From Gemmatimonadota bacterium (GTDB lineage: Bacteria > Gemmatimonadota > Gemmatimonadetes > Gemmatimonadales > GWC2-71-9), in NCBI GenBank assembly GCA_039586365.1, contig JBDHKN010000032.1, positions 1 through 64,000 of the forward strand: a DNA stretch of 64,000 nt, read 5' to 3'. Under the pieces are notes generated by a model. It did not search any database and was not told where the DNA came from. It worked only from the letters and a program-made list of their open reading frames with translations. Below are positions 10,566 to 19,996 of the stretch, piece after piece. How positions within the stretch are numbered: the stretch's first letter is position 1; every line of letters starts with the position of its first letter. A program made the translations under genes and the position numbers.

Positions 10566-12122
10566 ATGAAGACCATCCGCGGGCGTCTTGCGGTCAGCTA
10601 TGCGGTCGCAATGGCAGCCACGCTCGGCGCGTTTGCAGCTGCCATCTACCTCGTCGAAAGCCCTTCCACGCACGAGCAGCTTGACGACGCTATGCAGGCG
10701 CGTGCCGAACTCATTGCCTCAATTGTTATCCAAGCCTACGTGTCGCGGGAATCAATCGTCGAAGTCGATTCAGTCACTGGTCAGCGACAACTGGCCACCG
10801 ATGTGCAATCGCTGCTTGAGGGCGTTCCCGATTACGTGCTCGTCCTAGGCCCAGAAGGGGATCCTCTCTTCGTAACAGGCATCGCACAGGAAGTAGAACC
10901 CGTATCGGGTGACACAGCAGAAACTGTGGCGAGTGACGCGCTGGAACCAGTGGCCGACGACACTACGGAACCCGCGCCCAGCGACACTGTTCGCATCGTC
11001 GGGGCGGGCGCACAGATGGTCGAACGGTTCCTCGCGAGTGTGCGTGAGCAAGCGCCTGAGGCCGGAGTCGGCACAGTACTCCTCGGATCGCCGTTCGGCG
11101 AAGTCAGGTACTTCATCAGACGAATTGATACTGCCGGCAGTGAAGTAGCTGCGGTTGTGTCAGGTATCTCGACACGCGGCCTGGTTCTGCAGCCACGGCG
11201 CCTGGTGATGGCAATGTTGTTGGTCGCGCCCTTGGTCATTGCTGCATCGACGGCCATTGCCTACGTGCTAGCCGGTAGAACATTGCAGCCCGTCGACAAC
11301 ATCGTAGATGAGGTGGAGGCGATCACTGACGGTCGTAGCCTGCACCGACGTTTGGCTACGCCAACGACACGGTACGAGCTTTCGCGCCTCATCACAACCG
11401 TGAATGCTATGTTGGCACGCCTGGAGAGGAGCTTCGCGGCGCTGCACCGATTCACGGCGGATGCGAGTCACGAACTGAAGACTCCGCTCACCGTGCTCCG
11501 TTCCGGCATAGAAAGAGCCATCACCCATCCGAAGGCAGCCCCGGAAGTGTTGGAGGTGCTGGAAGAGACTTTGGTTGAACAGAAGCGGATGACAGAATTG
11601 GTGGATTCGCTCCTGACTCTGGCTCGAGCCGACGAGGGGCGAGCGCCACTGCACCGAGAGAGGATCGATGTGCGTGAAGTACTGAACGAGATCTCCGAGA
11701 CCGCGAACATCCTGGGGGAACAGGCAGCGATAAACGTGTCTGTGAACATCCCGGACCGGCCTCAACTGCTTTACCTCGATAGGGAACGGATCCGGCAACT
11801 GCTGATGAACCTACTAACCAATGCGATCAAGTATACGCCTGCCGGCGGTGAAGTAACCGTAGAATCGGCGCGACATGCTGGGAAAGTCGTAATCAAGGTC
11901 AGCGATACGGGCGTTGGTATCGCACCGGGTGAGCTAACCCAGGTGTTCGATCGGTTCTGGCGGGCAGATCCCGCTCGGAGCCGCAGTGGACATCGGTCCG
12001 GAGCGGGATTGGGTCTTGCCATCAGCAAGTGGATAGCCGAGGCCCACGGTGGATCGATCCAGGCAAACAGTAGACCAGGTCGCGGGACTACCATGACCGT
12101 CACACTACCCGTCGAAGCATAA
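10566..12122 (+). CDS. Membrane HAMP sensor histidine kinase
   Basis: Two TM helices, HAMP, FTADASHELKTPL, NAIKYT, DTGVGI, GLGLAI. Confidence 0.92.
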   Translation: MKTIRGRLAVSYAVAMAATLGAFAAAIYLVESPSTHEQLDDAMQARAELIASIVIQAYVSRESIVEVDSVTGQRQLATDVQSLLEGVPDYVLVLGPEGDPLFVTGIAQEVEPVSGDTAETVASDALEPVADDTTEPAPSDTVRIVGAGAQMVERFLASVREQAPEAGVGTVLLGSPFGEVRYFIRRIDTAGSEVAAVVSGISTRGLVLQPRRLVMAMLLVAPLVIAASTAIAYVLAGRTLQPVDNIVDEVEAITDGRSLHRRLATPTTRYELSRLITTVNAMLARLERSFAALHRFTADASHELKTPLTVLRSGIERAITHPKAAPEVLEVLEETLVEQKRMTELVDSLLTLARADEGRAPLHRERIDVREVLNEISETANILGEQAAINVSVNIPDRPQLLYLDRERIRQLLMNLLTNAIKYTPAGGEVTVESARHAGKVVIKVSDTGVGIAPGELTQVFDRFWRADPARSRSGHRSGAGLGLAISKWIAEAHGGSIQANSRPGRGTTMTVTLPVEA

Positions 12123-12349
12123 TACACACTTGAGCTTGCGCGGTCTGAGTACGTCACATAGCGAAGCGAACTCGTTGAATGCGTGATATCCGCGATATCA
12201 AAGTGCTCCCAAAGTATCCCAGAATTCCCGAAGCCTTGCAGATCGTCGGTTCCGAAATCCACCCCAAATGGGGTCTAGCGCTTGCATCCTTACCGCGATA
12301 AGTTTGCGCCCGCATTTTTCCGGAGGGGTACCTTCACCTCACCGAGGCA

Positions 12350-12386
12350 CGTGACGTACGTCACAGCTTTGTCATCGTTTTGTAAT
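12350..12386 (+). promoter_or_regulatory. Candidate operator: CRP/FNR-like palindrome overlapping three 11-bp-phased OmpR/PhoB-type direct repeats
   Basis: CGTGA-CGTACG-TCACA (12350-12365); GTCAC, GTCAT and GTAAT start at 12360, 12371 and 12382. Confidence 0.45.
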
Positions 12387-12466
12387 GCTTCGACAACGCA
12401 TTTGCCAGTCATGCTAGGAGTTTGCTGGGTACTATAAGTCAGACGCATTCACTTTCGGAGGCAGTC

Positions 12467-13165
12467 GTGTTTGACAACCTCATGGAATCGAATCCAGACA
12501 AGACGGGAGTGGCCGGCCAGCGCCTTTCGGGCTCGTTCGTGTCGGCGGTAGTCCACTTCGGGCTCATTTACGGTGCGGTCATGGCGACGATGGGGACGGG
12601 AGAGGTCGCAGAGGAGATCGTCGCGGACACGACCATGGTGTTCATCCAGGAGCAACCGGAGCAGGACGAGCCACCTCCACCGGAGGTTCTGGATCTACCT
12701 CCGCCAAAGGGGTTCCGGACTCTCGCAGCTCCCGTCAACATCCCGACCGGTATTCCGCCCATTGACCTCAGTCAGCAGTTCGACCCCCGTGACTTTTCCG
12801 GCATCGGGGTCGAGGAGGGAATCTTCGAAGGAGTCGAGGACGAAGGGCCGGTCGACTTGGCGCAGGTCTTCAACGAGGCAGTCGTAGACGAGCCACCTGA
12901 GCGGATATCGAGTCCGCCACTGGAGTACCCCCGCATGATGCAGCAGGCAGGGGTCGAAGGGTTGGTGGTCCTGCAGGGAGTGGTTGATACGTCGGGCCGC
13001 GTGGAGCCCAACTCGATCGAGGTGGTGAGTTCCACCAACAGAGCGTTCGAAGGACCTGCCAGGCAGTTGTTGCGCAGGAGTCTGTTCCGACCTGGTCGAG
13101 TACGCGGTCAGGCTGTCCGAGTGCTGATCCAGCTCCCGATTCAGTTCAACCTGATCGGTGGCTAG
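12467..13165 (+). CDS. tonB: Energy transducer TonB
   Basis: TM anchor SAVVH, Pro-rich linker, YP motif and TonB C-terminal domain; GGAGG RBS before GTG. Confidence 0.85.
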   Translation: MFDNLMESNPDKTGVAGQRLSGSFVSAVVHFGLIYGAVMATMGTGEVAEEIVADTTMVFIQEQPEQDEPPPPEVLDLPPPKGFRTLAAPVNIPTGIPPIDLSQQFDPRDFSGIGVEEGIFEGVEDEGPVDLAQVFNEAVVDEPPERISSPPLEYPRMMQQAGVEGLVVLQGVVDTSGRVEPNSIEVVSSTNRAFEGPARQLLRRSLFRPGRVRGQAVRVLIQLPIQFNLIGG

Positions 13166-13224
13166 CCCAGCGTTCAAATAGAGTTAGCACACGTTCCCAA
13201 CAATTGATGGAGGCCTACTAGGCG

Positions 13225-13965
13225 ATGGAACTATCACTACTTCAACTTTGGAACGACGCCGGTACGTTCGCGCGGTTCATCATCATTTTGCTGATGGTCA
13301 TGTCAGTGTTTTCGTTGGCGGTGGCTGCGGGAAAATGGTGGAGGTTCAGAAAGAGCCGTAAGGCTACGCGGCGGTTCGCGCCTGAGTTTGCGCGGTTTCT
13401 CCAGGAAGAGCAGCTGGATGAAGCCATCGAACTGGCTGAGAAAGAGAATATCTCCCACGTCGCGCGCGTGTTGGGCCAAGCTCTGGCCGAGGTCAAGCCC
13501 TTGTTGCGTGACCGAGCGACCATTACGAGTGGGGACATCAACTCGGCTGAGCGCGCGGTAGAGCGACAGAGCCTGATTTTGCTCTCCGAGCTCAAGAAGG
13601 GAATGGGAATCCTGGCAACGGTTGGTGCTACAGCTCCGTTCGTCGGTCTTCTTGGTACGACCATGGGTGTGGTCAATTCCTTCACTGGAATGGCTTTGAC
13701 AGGATCCGGCGGCTTGGCAGCGATCTCTGCGGGTATTGCTGAGGCGCTGATCACCACTGCGTTTGGACTCGCCGTGGCCATACCGGCTGTGTGGCTATTC
13801 AACTACTTCACGACGCGGATCGAGAACATCACGGTCGAGATGACCTACACCTCGAAGGAACTCATCGACTTCTTGATCAAGAGCGTCGGGAGCGAGTTCG
13901 GTCGCTCCATCTTCACCAAGGAGTTCAAGGCTCAACAGGCTGCCACGACCGAGCCGCAGACCTAG
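13225..13965 (+). CDS. exbB: MotA/TolQ/ExbB proton channel
   Basis: LATVGATAPFVGLLGT and GIAEALITTAFGLAVAIPA. Confidence 0.9.
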   Translation: MELSLLQLWNDAGTFARFIIILLMVMSVFSLAVAAGKWWRFRKSRKATRRFAPEFARFLQEEQLDEAIELAEKENISHVARVLGQALAEVKPLLRDRATITSGDINSAERAVERQSLILLSELKKGMGILATVGATAPFVGLLGTTMGVVNSFTGMALTGSGGLAAISAGIAEALITTAFGLAVAIPAVWLFNYFTTRIENITVEMTYTSKELIDFLIKSVGSEFGRSIFTKEFKAQQAATTEPQT

Positions 13966-14001
13966 GGGTCGCGTGGCCAGGCGATAAGGAGAACTGGACT
14001 C

Positions 14002-14502
14002 ATGGCCGACGATGTAAAGTTCAAAACGAGCGTCAAGAACGAGCCCAACGTCGTTCCGATGATCGACATCATGTTGGTGCTGCTCATCATCTTCATGATC
14101 GTGACTCCGATCATATCGTCAGGCATGCAGGCTACGATGCCTTGGGCGAAAGAGATCGAGTCGCGTCCCGAAGAAGAAGGTGATGTCATACTCGGGATTG
14201 ACATGAGGGGCCAGTACTATCTGGATCCGGGATCCAAGCAGATCGGAGTTGTGTGTCGGGAAGGCGATGCTTCCTGTAATCAGGAAGCGCGACTCGAGGA
14301 ACTACTCCGCAGCATCTACGATGTCCGAACCAAGGACAAGATCATCTACCTGCGTGCCCACTCCGATCTAGAGTACGGCCGCATCCAGGACGCCGTGGAA
14401 GTGTGTCGCAGTTCAGGCGTTCGTGTGATGGCCGTGATCGCCGAGGAACGCAGGGTGCTTCCCGGGCAGGCCCGCGCTTCTGCTAGAGAAGGAGGGGACT
14501 AG
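14002..14502 (+). CDS. exbD: ExbD/TolR family protein
   Basis: EPNVVPMIDIMLVLLIIFM. Confidence 0.9.
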   Translation: MADDVKFKTSVKNEPNVVPMIDIMLVLLIIFMIVTPIISSGMQATMPWAKEIESRPEEEGDVILGIDMRGQYYLDPGSKQIGVVCREGDASCNQEARLEELLRSIYDVRTKDKIIYLRAHSDLEYGRIQDAVEVCRSSGVRVMAVIAEERRVLPGQARASAREGGD

Positions 14503-14505
14503 ACT

Positions 14506-14937
14506 ATGGGAATGCAGGTCGGAGGAGATGAGGGCGGACATAAGAACGAGCCCAACGTCGTCCCAATGATCGACATTATGCTGGTACTGCTCATCATATT
14601 CATGATGCAGGTGCCCCTCCAGCGGAAGGCGATGGACACTCAGGTACCGCCGGTTGAAACGAGGGAACAGCAGGACGAAGGTGGCGAGAGCGATCAGATC
14701 GTGCTCGAGATGACGGCTGCTGGTGGTCTCGCCATCAACAACGAGCCCGTTTCGCAGGCCGGTCTCGACTCTAAGCTCCACGAGATCTTCGACAACCGTC
14801 CAGCGAAACTGATGTTCGTCAAACCGGCACGGAATCGCAAATACCAAGAACTGATTGAGATAATGGACATTGCCCGAGGTGCGGGAGTCCAGGTGATCGG
14901 GCTCACTCCGAAGGAGGCCGATCAGGTCGAGCAGTAA
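14506..14937 (+). CDS. exbD: ExbD/TolR family protein (second paralog)
   Basis: EPNVVPMIDIMLVLLIIFM. Confidence 0.9.
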   Translation: MGMQVGGDEGGHKNEPNVVPMIDIMLVLLIIFMMQVPLQRKAMDTQVPPVETREQQDEGGESDQIVLEMTAAGGLAINNEPVSQAGLDSKLHEIFDNRPAKLMFVKPARNRKYQELIEIMDIARGAGVQVIGLTPKEADQVEQ

Positions 14938-15036
14938 GCCTCGGCTGCCCAGGGCCGGTGGAATACAGTAGTCTACAACGGGTGTGAGAGCCGAAACTGG
15001 ATGGTTCTTGCACCCGTTGGTGTATAATAGAGTCAC

Positions 15037-15792
15037 ATGCCTCCTCCTCGCGTACCGGATCTGAGCCTGCCCAAGACGAGCAAGCCGTTCTTGGGGGGTA
15101 CAGCTACGTCCATCACGGTACACGCTGCGCTGTTGATCGCGATCATATGGTCTGGTGGCCGGGCGTCTGACGAGCTATTCCGTGCTGGTGGTGGGGCCGG
15201 GCCATTGGGCGGCGGGGGCGGCGGCGGTTCCCAGTTCACCTACGTGGAGCTGCCAGCTTTTATAACCTCGCCCCGGGCCGAGCCTGAACCGCCGCGCCGG
15301 GCCAGAGACGTGCCCATTCCCAAGCCCCAACTCAGAGAGATTCCCAAAGAGACTCGGCCCCTCAATCTGCGTCCACCGACTGGGCCCATTGTAGCTACGA
15401 TAAACCCTGGTCGGGGTGCCGGATCGGGCGATGGCTCGGGCATCGGGTCCGGATCCGGCAGCGGGGCGGGAACCGGGCGAGGCACCGGCGTTGGTAGTGG
15501 TCAGGGACCTGGCACGGGTGGCTCGGGAGGCGCAGGGTTCGGACCGAGACTGCAACAGGCCCTGATTCCGCCGAGCGATTGGCCTGACGAGGTCAGAGGA
15601 CAGGAATACAAGGTCCGGTTCTGGGTCGATGAGCAGGGCAGGGTGACCAGGGTGGAGGTGGAGCCTCGGATTCCGGATTCGGCCTACCGCAAGAAGTTCC
15701 TCGACAAGATGCGTGAATACGTCTTCTCACCGGCTCGCAGGAGTGACGGCACTGCGATCGCGGCGTCTGTAGAGATACAGATCTTGTTCTAG
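15037..15792 (+). CDS. TonB-like protein with Gly/Ser/Thr-rich linker
   Basis: SITVH TM anchor, long GxGxG tract, TonB-C-like VRFWVDEQGRV...FSPARR. Confidence 0.65.
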   Translation: MPPPRVPDLSLPKTSKPFLGGTATSITVHAALLIAIIWSGGRASDELFRAGGGAGPLGGGGGGGSQFTYVELPAFITSPRAEPEPPRRARDVPIPKPQLREIPKETRPLNLRPPTGPIVATINPGRGAGSGDGSGIGSGSGSGAGTGRGTGVGSGQGPGTGGSGGAGFGPRLQQALIPPSDWPDEVRGQEYKVRFWVDEQGRVTRVEVEPRIPDSAYRKKFLDKMREYVFSPARRSDGTAIAASVEIQILF

Positions 15793-16703
15793 TGGTGACC
15801 CAGCTCCGCTGCCAGCGCGACAGCTCCACGAGCTGGATCAACCTCCCCCTCAGCACAACGCACCGCAGTAATCCGCTCCCGGACGACGGCCAGCAGTTCG
15901 TGCCGGACCGGAGAGTCGCAACTCAGCAGTCTGCCGGAGAAGGCCAAGCCGGCAGGCCGGTGCTGCTCAGGAAATCGGTCCACCAAAGCTTCAATGTGTC
16001 GGGCCAGCTCGGCGGCCGCGGCCTGCACGAGCGCGTTGGCCACCGCGTCGCCCGCTCGTGCGGCTTCGCACACAGTGTGTGCAATACCGGTGACAGCGGC
16101 GCGGTCGGGCGAGCGACCCGACTGGTTCAGTGCGGCGGCAGAATCCGACCCGGCGGTCAGATCGACTGAGTCGGTCAGTACCGTGCTCGGTCCGCATCCG
16201 TTTGCCGCCTGGGTGACGGCATCCAGTGCAGCCCTTCCGAGCGCGTAGCCGCTTCCCTGATCTCCGTACTGCCAGCCCAATCCTCCGACCCGCCAGATGC
16301 GACCTGCCGGATCGCGGGCATATGCGATCGAGCCGGAGCCGGCACAGATGACGATCCCAGGGCCGTGTCCGAAGCCGTCGTGAAGCGCGATCATACCGTC
16401 CGTGGTGATCTCGAGTGCCAACTCGCGTCCGAGTTCGGCCGCCAGCAGAGCGGAGAACTCGGTCCGGATATCCTGCCTTCCGGCGCCTGCAGCACCCACG
16501 ACCACCGCATCGGGGAGGGTGGCCCCATGCCGTTGCAGCAACTGGTAGACAAGGTCGCCGACCAGCTTAGCCGAGGATCGAAGACTATCGGCTGCCAGGG
16601 CGGCTCCTGGTCCGGTCACACGCACGCAGGGCTGGAGCGATTCATCAGCGAGGGCGGCCTCCGTGTGCGACGCGCCGACATCGATTCCGATCAGGATGCT
16701 CAT
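15789..16703 (-). CDS. BadF/BadG/BcrA/BcrD-type N-acetylglucosamine/MurNAc kinase
   Basis: IGIDVGASHT, ICAGSGSI, RVGGLGWQYGDQGSGY; ATG overlaps the upstream stop. Confidence 0.85.
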   Translation of the reverse strand: MSILIGIDVGASHTEAALADESLQPCVRVTGPGAALAADSLRSSAKLVGDLVYQLLQRHGATLPDAVVVGAAGAGRQDIRTEFSALLAAELGRELALEITTDGMIALHDGFGHGPGIVICAGSGSIAYARDPAGRIWRVGGLGWQYGDQGSGYALGRAALDAVTQAANGCGPSTVLTDSVDLTAGSDSAAALNQSGRSPDRAAVTGIAHTVCEAARAGDAVANALVQAAAAELARHIEALVDRFPEQHRPAGLAFSGRLLSCDSPVRHELLAVVRERITAVRCAEGEVDPARGAVALAAELGHH

Positions 16704-18136
16704 GGTGGCCGAGGATCTTGGCGGAGCCGGCTGGAAAGAAGCCCAGTGCCGACTGCGATGGCCGTGCCGAGCGGTACGTACCAGGGCCAAGCCAGGTCTC
16801 CGAACGGACCCGGTTTGACCAGGACGACCACAAGCATGGTCACGGTAGCCACGACAACCGCAGCAATTGCGTCTGACTGCCGTACACGGTGGGACAGGCC
16901 GGCAAGGATGTATGTCCCGAGCAGGCCGCCATAGGTGATCGAGGCCACTGAGAGGGCCAGCTCCACAACTGGTTGTTCGGTAGACCTGAACGATAGTGCA
17001 CCGCAGGTCAAAACCACTGCCCATCCCAAAGTGGCCCAGCGACCTACGGCAAGCAGATGGCGAGAATCTCGCCGACCGGTGAGTGGAGCATAGAAGTCGT
17101 GGGTCGCGGCAGAGGCGAGAGAATTGAGGGATGAGCTGACGGTGCTCATTGCCGCGGCGAAGATGCCGGCAATGACCAGGCCGGAGAGGCCCGCCGGGAG
17201 TCGGTCCACTACGAAAGTCGGGAACAGTTCGTCCCCAGCGAGTGACGGATTGTCTGCACCGGCTGCCCAGATGAACGTGCCGACCAGTAGGAACACCGCA
17301 AATTGGACTATGACCAGTATCCCGGACCCAACCAGAGCGCGCCGCGCATGACTCAGCGTCTTGGTTGCGAGTAGACGCTGAACGATGAGGTGATCTGTTC
17401 CGTGGGATGCTGCAGACAACAGAGCCCCGCCGAGCAGACCTCCTGCCAATGTGTACGTGCGCGAAAAAGAGATCCGCCAGTCTATGGTTGTCAGCTTCCC
17501 GGCATTCGATGCTTGAGCAATAGCGTCACCGAGGCCGCCGGCCAGACCCACAGCCACAATGATCGCCGCCAATCCCGCAACCACATATAGTCCCATCTGC
17601 ATCACATCGACCCAAATCACCGCCTTGATCCCCCCCGCCCACGTGTATGCCACGGTGGCTACGGCGACAATGATCACGCACCAGGGAATCGATAGCCCGG
17701 TGACGATGTGCAAGGGGATTGCCGTCGCGAAGACGCGTACGCTGTCTCCCAAGGCCCGTATGGACATGAACACGCCCGAGGCGACCTTACGGGTGGGCTT
17801 CCCGAACCTCGTTTCAAGGCGAGCATAAGCCGTCTCCTGGTCGCCACTGAAGTAGCCCGGCAGCAACCATAGAGCGACGGCGATGCGGCCTATCAAGTAG
17901 CCGAAGGGGAGTTGGAGGAAACTCAGGTCGCCCCGTGCAGCGACCCCAGGTATCGAGATCACCGTGAGTGCGGAGGTCTCGGTGGCGACGATCGAGAGCA
18001 TCACGGCCCACCACGGAATCCCGTGGCGACCCAGGAAATAGTCAGCCGCGTCAAGCTGCTTGCGAGTGAAATAGAGCCCGATGGCGAAGACCACTGCGAA
18101 ATAGGCCGCCATGACCCCCATGTCTACGCCGTTCAC
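16700..18136 (-). CDS. Sodium:solute symporter (SSS) family transporter
   Basis: SIVATETSALT, GGIKAVIWVD, DHLIVQRLL, AAAMSTVSSSLNS; many TM segments. Confidence 0.92.
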   Translation of the reverse strand: MNGVDMGVMAAYFAVVFAIGLYFTRKQLDAADYFLGRHGIPWWAVMLSIVATETSALTVISIPGVAARGDLSFLQLPFGYLIGRIAVALWLLPGYFSGDQETAYARLETRFGKPTRKVASGVFMSIRALGDSVRVFATAIPLHIVTGLSIPWCVIIVAVATVAYTWAGGIKAVIWVDVMQMGLYVVAGLAAIIVAVGLAGGLGDAIAQASNAGKLTTIDWRISFSRTYTLAGGLLGGALLSAASHGTDHLIVQRLLATKTLSHARRALVGSGILVIVQFAVFLLVGTFIWAAGADNPSLAGDELFPTFVVDRLPAGLSGLVIAGIFAAAMSTVSSSLNSLASAATHDFYAPLTGRRDSRHLLAVGRWATLGWAVVLTCGALSFRSTEQPVVELALSVASITYGGLLGTYILAGLSHRVRQSDAIAAVVVATVTMLVVVLVKPGPFGDLAWPWYVPLGTAIAVGTGLLSSRLRQDPRPP

Positions 18137-18162
18137 ACTAGGCTCCCCGAGCACAACGAGAA

Positions 18163-18187
18163 ACGGCCTGCGAGAGTCGCAGGCCGT
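18163..18187 (-). terminator. Probable intrinsic terminator after the iscA-like gene
   Basis: ACGGCCTGCGA-N3-TCGCAGGCCGT stem followed by a T-rich run on the minus strand. Confidence 0.6.
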
Positions 18188-18218
18188 CCGTCAGTCAGAG
18201 ATGGCAGCAAGAAAAGCG

Positions 18219-18581
18219 TCAGGCGGAAAACGACTCGCCGCACCCGCACCCGCCTGTCGCGTTCGGGTTGGTGAACGTGAAACCGGAAGCCTGCATGGTA
18301 GAGACGTAATCGATCTCGGTTCCCTGCAGATATTGACCGCTGAATGCGTCTACGAATACCCGCAAGCCGTCTTGCTCCACGACAATGTCGTCGTCCAAAG
18401 CCCGCTCTTCGATGTTGAGCCCGTATTTGAATCCCGAGCAGCCACCAGGCATTACCGTTACCCTCAACCCGGCGGTCTCAGGCGGAACGTCCTCTTGCTC
18501 GATAAAGCTGCGCACTTGCTCGAGGGCCTTTTCCGTCAAAGTAATCCTGACTGTCGTCTCAGGCCGCTGTGTTGTACTCAT
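18219..18581 (-). CDS. HesB/IscA/ErpA A-type Fe-S carrier
   Basis: GGCSGFKY and NPNATGGCGCGESF. Confidence 0.95.
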   Translation of the reverse strand: MSTTQRPETTVRITLTEKALEQVRSFIEQEDVPPETAGLRVTVMPGGCSGFKYGLNIEERALDDDIVVEQDGLRVFVDAFSGQYLQGTEIDYVSTMQASGFTFTNPNATGGCGCGESFSA

Positions 18582-18690
18582 CCAGAAAACCTCCATTTTT
18601 GCTGCCGCAACATAGACGGGGGCGGAATTCGTGTCAACGCGCGACGAAGTAAGCTATTTCCAAACAACGATTTGGCCTGGATTGTTCCGG

Positions 18691-18783
18691 CAAGGGCGGT
18701 AACAGGCGGTCCAAGGCGGAAGAGGGTGGTAAGAAGGCTGTAGATGGCGCTAACGGGCTGTGACGGGGCCGACCTTACCGCCC
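18691..18783. repeat. Degenerate short GGCGGT-core repeats in an intergenic region
   Basis: aagggcggta, caggcggtcc, aaggcggaag, agggtggtaa, plus an inverted copy ttaccgccc. Confidence 0.4.
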
Positions 18784-18820
18784 GTGTGGTGTGGTGCTGG
18801 GTTACCGCCCTGGGGTGGAG

Positions 18821-19996
18821 TTATGGCGGTGGGGTAAGAGCTGCCACCACCGAATCCGCCAACATGCCTCGTATCTGCCTAATCGCGTTGTTGTCTCGAG
18901 TCGGGTGTACTCGGTTCGTGAGGAGGATGATGAATAACTCTCGCTGCGGATCGACCCACAGACTTGTGCCTGTGAAACCTGTGTGACCGAAACTATCGGC
19001 TGACATCGTGGTGCCCGCGGAGCTTCCTTCGCGGCTTGGCGTATCCCACCCGAGAGCCCGGGTTGAACCTTCCGGGCCGGGCTGGCGGTGCACGAACTCG
19101 CGCACGATTTCGGCCGGAATATAGAGTGGGCTGTCAGGTGTTAGGCGGCCGTGGTATGCGTCCAGCATCCATTGGGCGAATCGTGCGAGGTCCGGTGCGA
19201 TGCTGAAGAGTCCAGCGTGCGCGGACACGCCTCCAAGGCGGACTGCGTTCTCGTCGTGGACCTCTCCCCTGACTACTCGGCCTCGCCAGGGATCATCCTC
19301 TGTCGGTGCGATGCGGTCGAGCCAGTGCTGCGGCGGGAGGTAGCGCGTACGGTCCATGCCGAGTGGACCAAAAACACGCTCTTGTAGGATCACATCCAGC
19401 GACCGACCCGCTATTCGCTCCACAGCCAGGCCAAGCGTGATCGCGCCCAAATCCGAGTAGCGATATGCCTCGCCGGGTTGGTTTTCGAGCCGAGCTGCCA
19501 AGACGCTATCGACCGCCTCGTCGCGCGTAGCGGTCTCTAGGTGGAGCGGTCGCCACGCGGGCAGTCCTGAGCTGTGGGTGAGTAGATGCCTGACCAGCAC
19601 GCGGTCCTTGTCGGGGCCCCTGAACCGCGGAACGTAATCGGCCACCGGCCTATTCAGGTCGATCTTTCCCTCAGCTGCCAACAGCATCACAGCGGTGGTC
19701 AGGCCAATCACCTTGGTCAGGCTGGCAAGATCGTACACTGTGCTGTCGGTGACTGGTCGGGCATCATCGTCACCGTAGTGGCCGGCCGCCGTCGCGTAGA
19801 CAACCCGTCCCTTGAATCCGACTTCGAGTACCGCACCTGGGAACGCGTGGGAGTCAACGGCGGATTGCAGTAACCGCTGGACTCCTGCGAAACGGGTGGA
19901 GTCTGCCTGTCGCGCGGAGGCTCGCGCGACAGGGAGCGGTGAGCAGACCGTAGAGGTAGCAAGCGCCGCAACCGAAAGTAGAACCGTGAGTCTCAC
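18821..19996 (-). CDS. Serine hydrolase, beta-lactamase class C fold (AmiE-like)
   Basis: DLASLTK (SxxK), YSD, GEVHDENA, HAGLFS, FGHTGFTG; GTG overlaps the nagZ stop. Confidence 0.9.
   Translation of the reverse strand: MRLTVLLSVAALATSTVCSPLPVARASARQADSTRFAGVQRLLQSAVDSHAFPGAVLEVGFKGRVVYATAAGHYGDDDARPVTDSTVYDLASLTKVIGLTTAVMLLAAEGKIDLNRPVADYVPRFRGPDKDRVLVRHLLTHSSGLPAWRPLHLETATRDEAVDSVLAARLENQPGEAYRYSDLGAITLGLAVERIAGRSLDVILQERVFGPLGMDRTRYLPPQHWLDRIAPTEDDPWRGRVVRGEVHDENAVRLGGVSAHAGLFSIAPDLARFAQWMLDAYHGRLTPDSPLYIPAEIVREFVHRQPGPEGSTRALGWDTPSREGSSAGTTMSADSFGHTGFTGTSLWVDPQRELFIILLTNRVHPTRDNNAIRQIRGMLADSVVAALTPPP

Noticed and set aside
18219..18596. Additional selenoproteins (HesB-like, peroxiredoxin, TrxB, CopZ)
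   Set aside because: All their redox or metal motifs are encoded with Cys codons, with no in-frame TGA.
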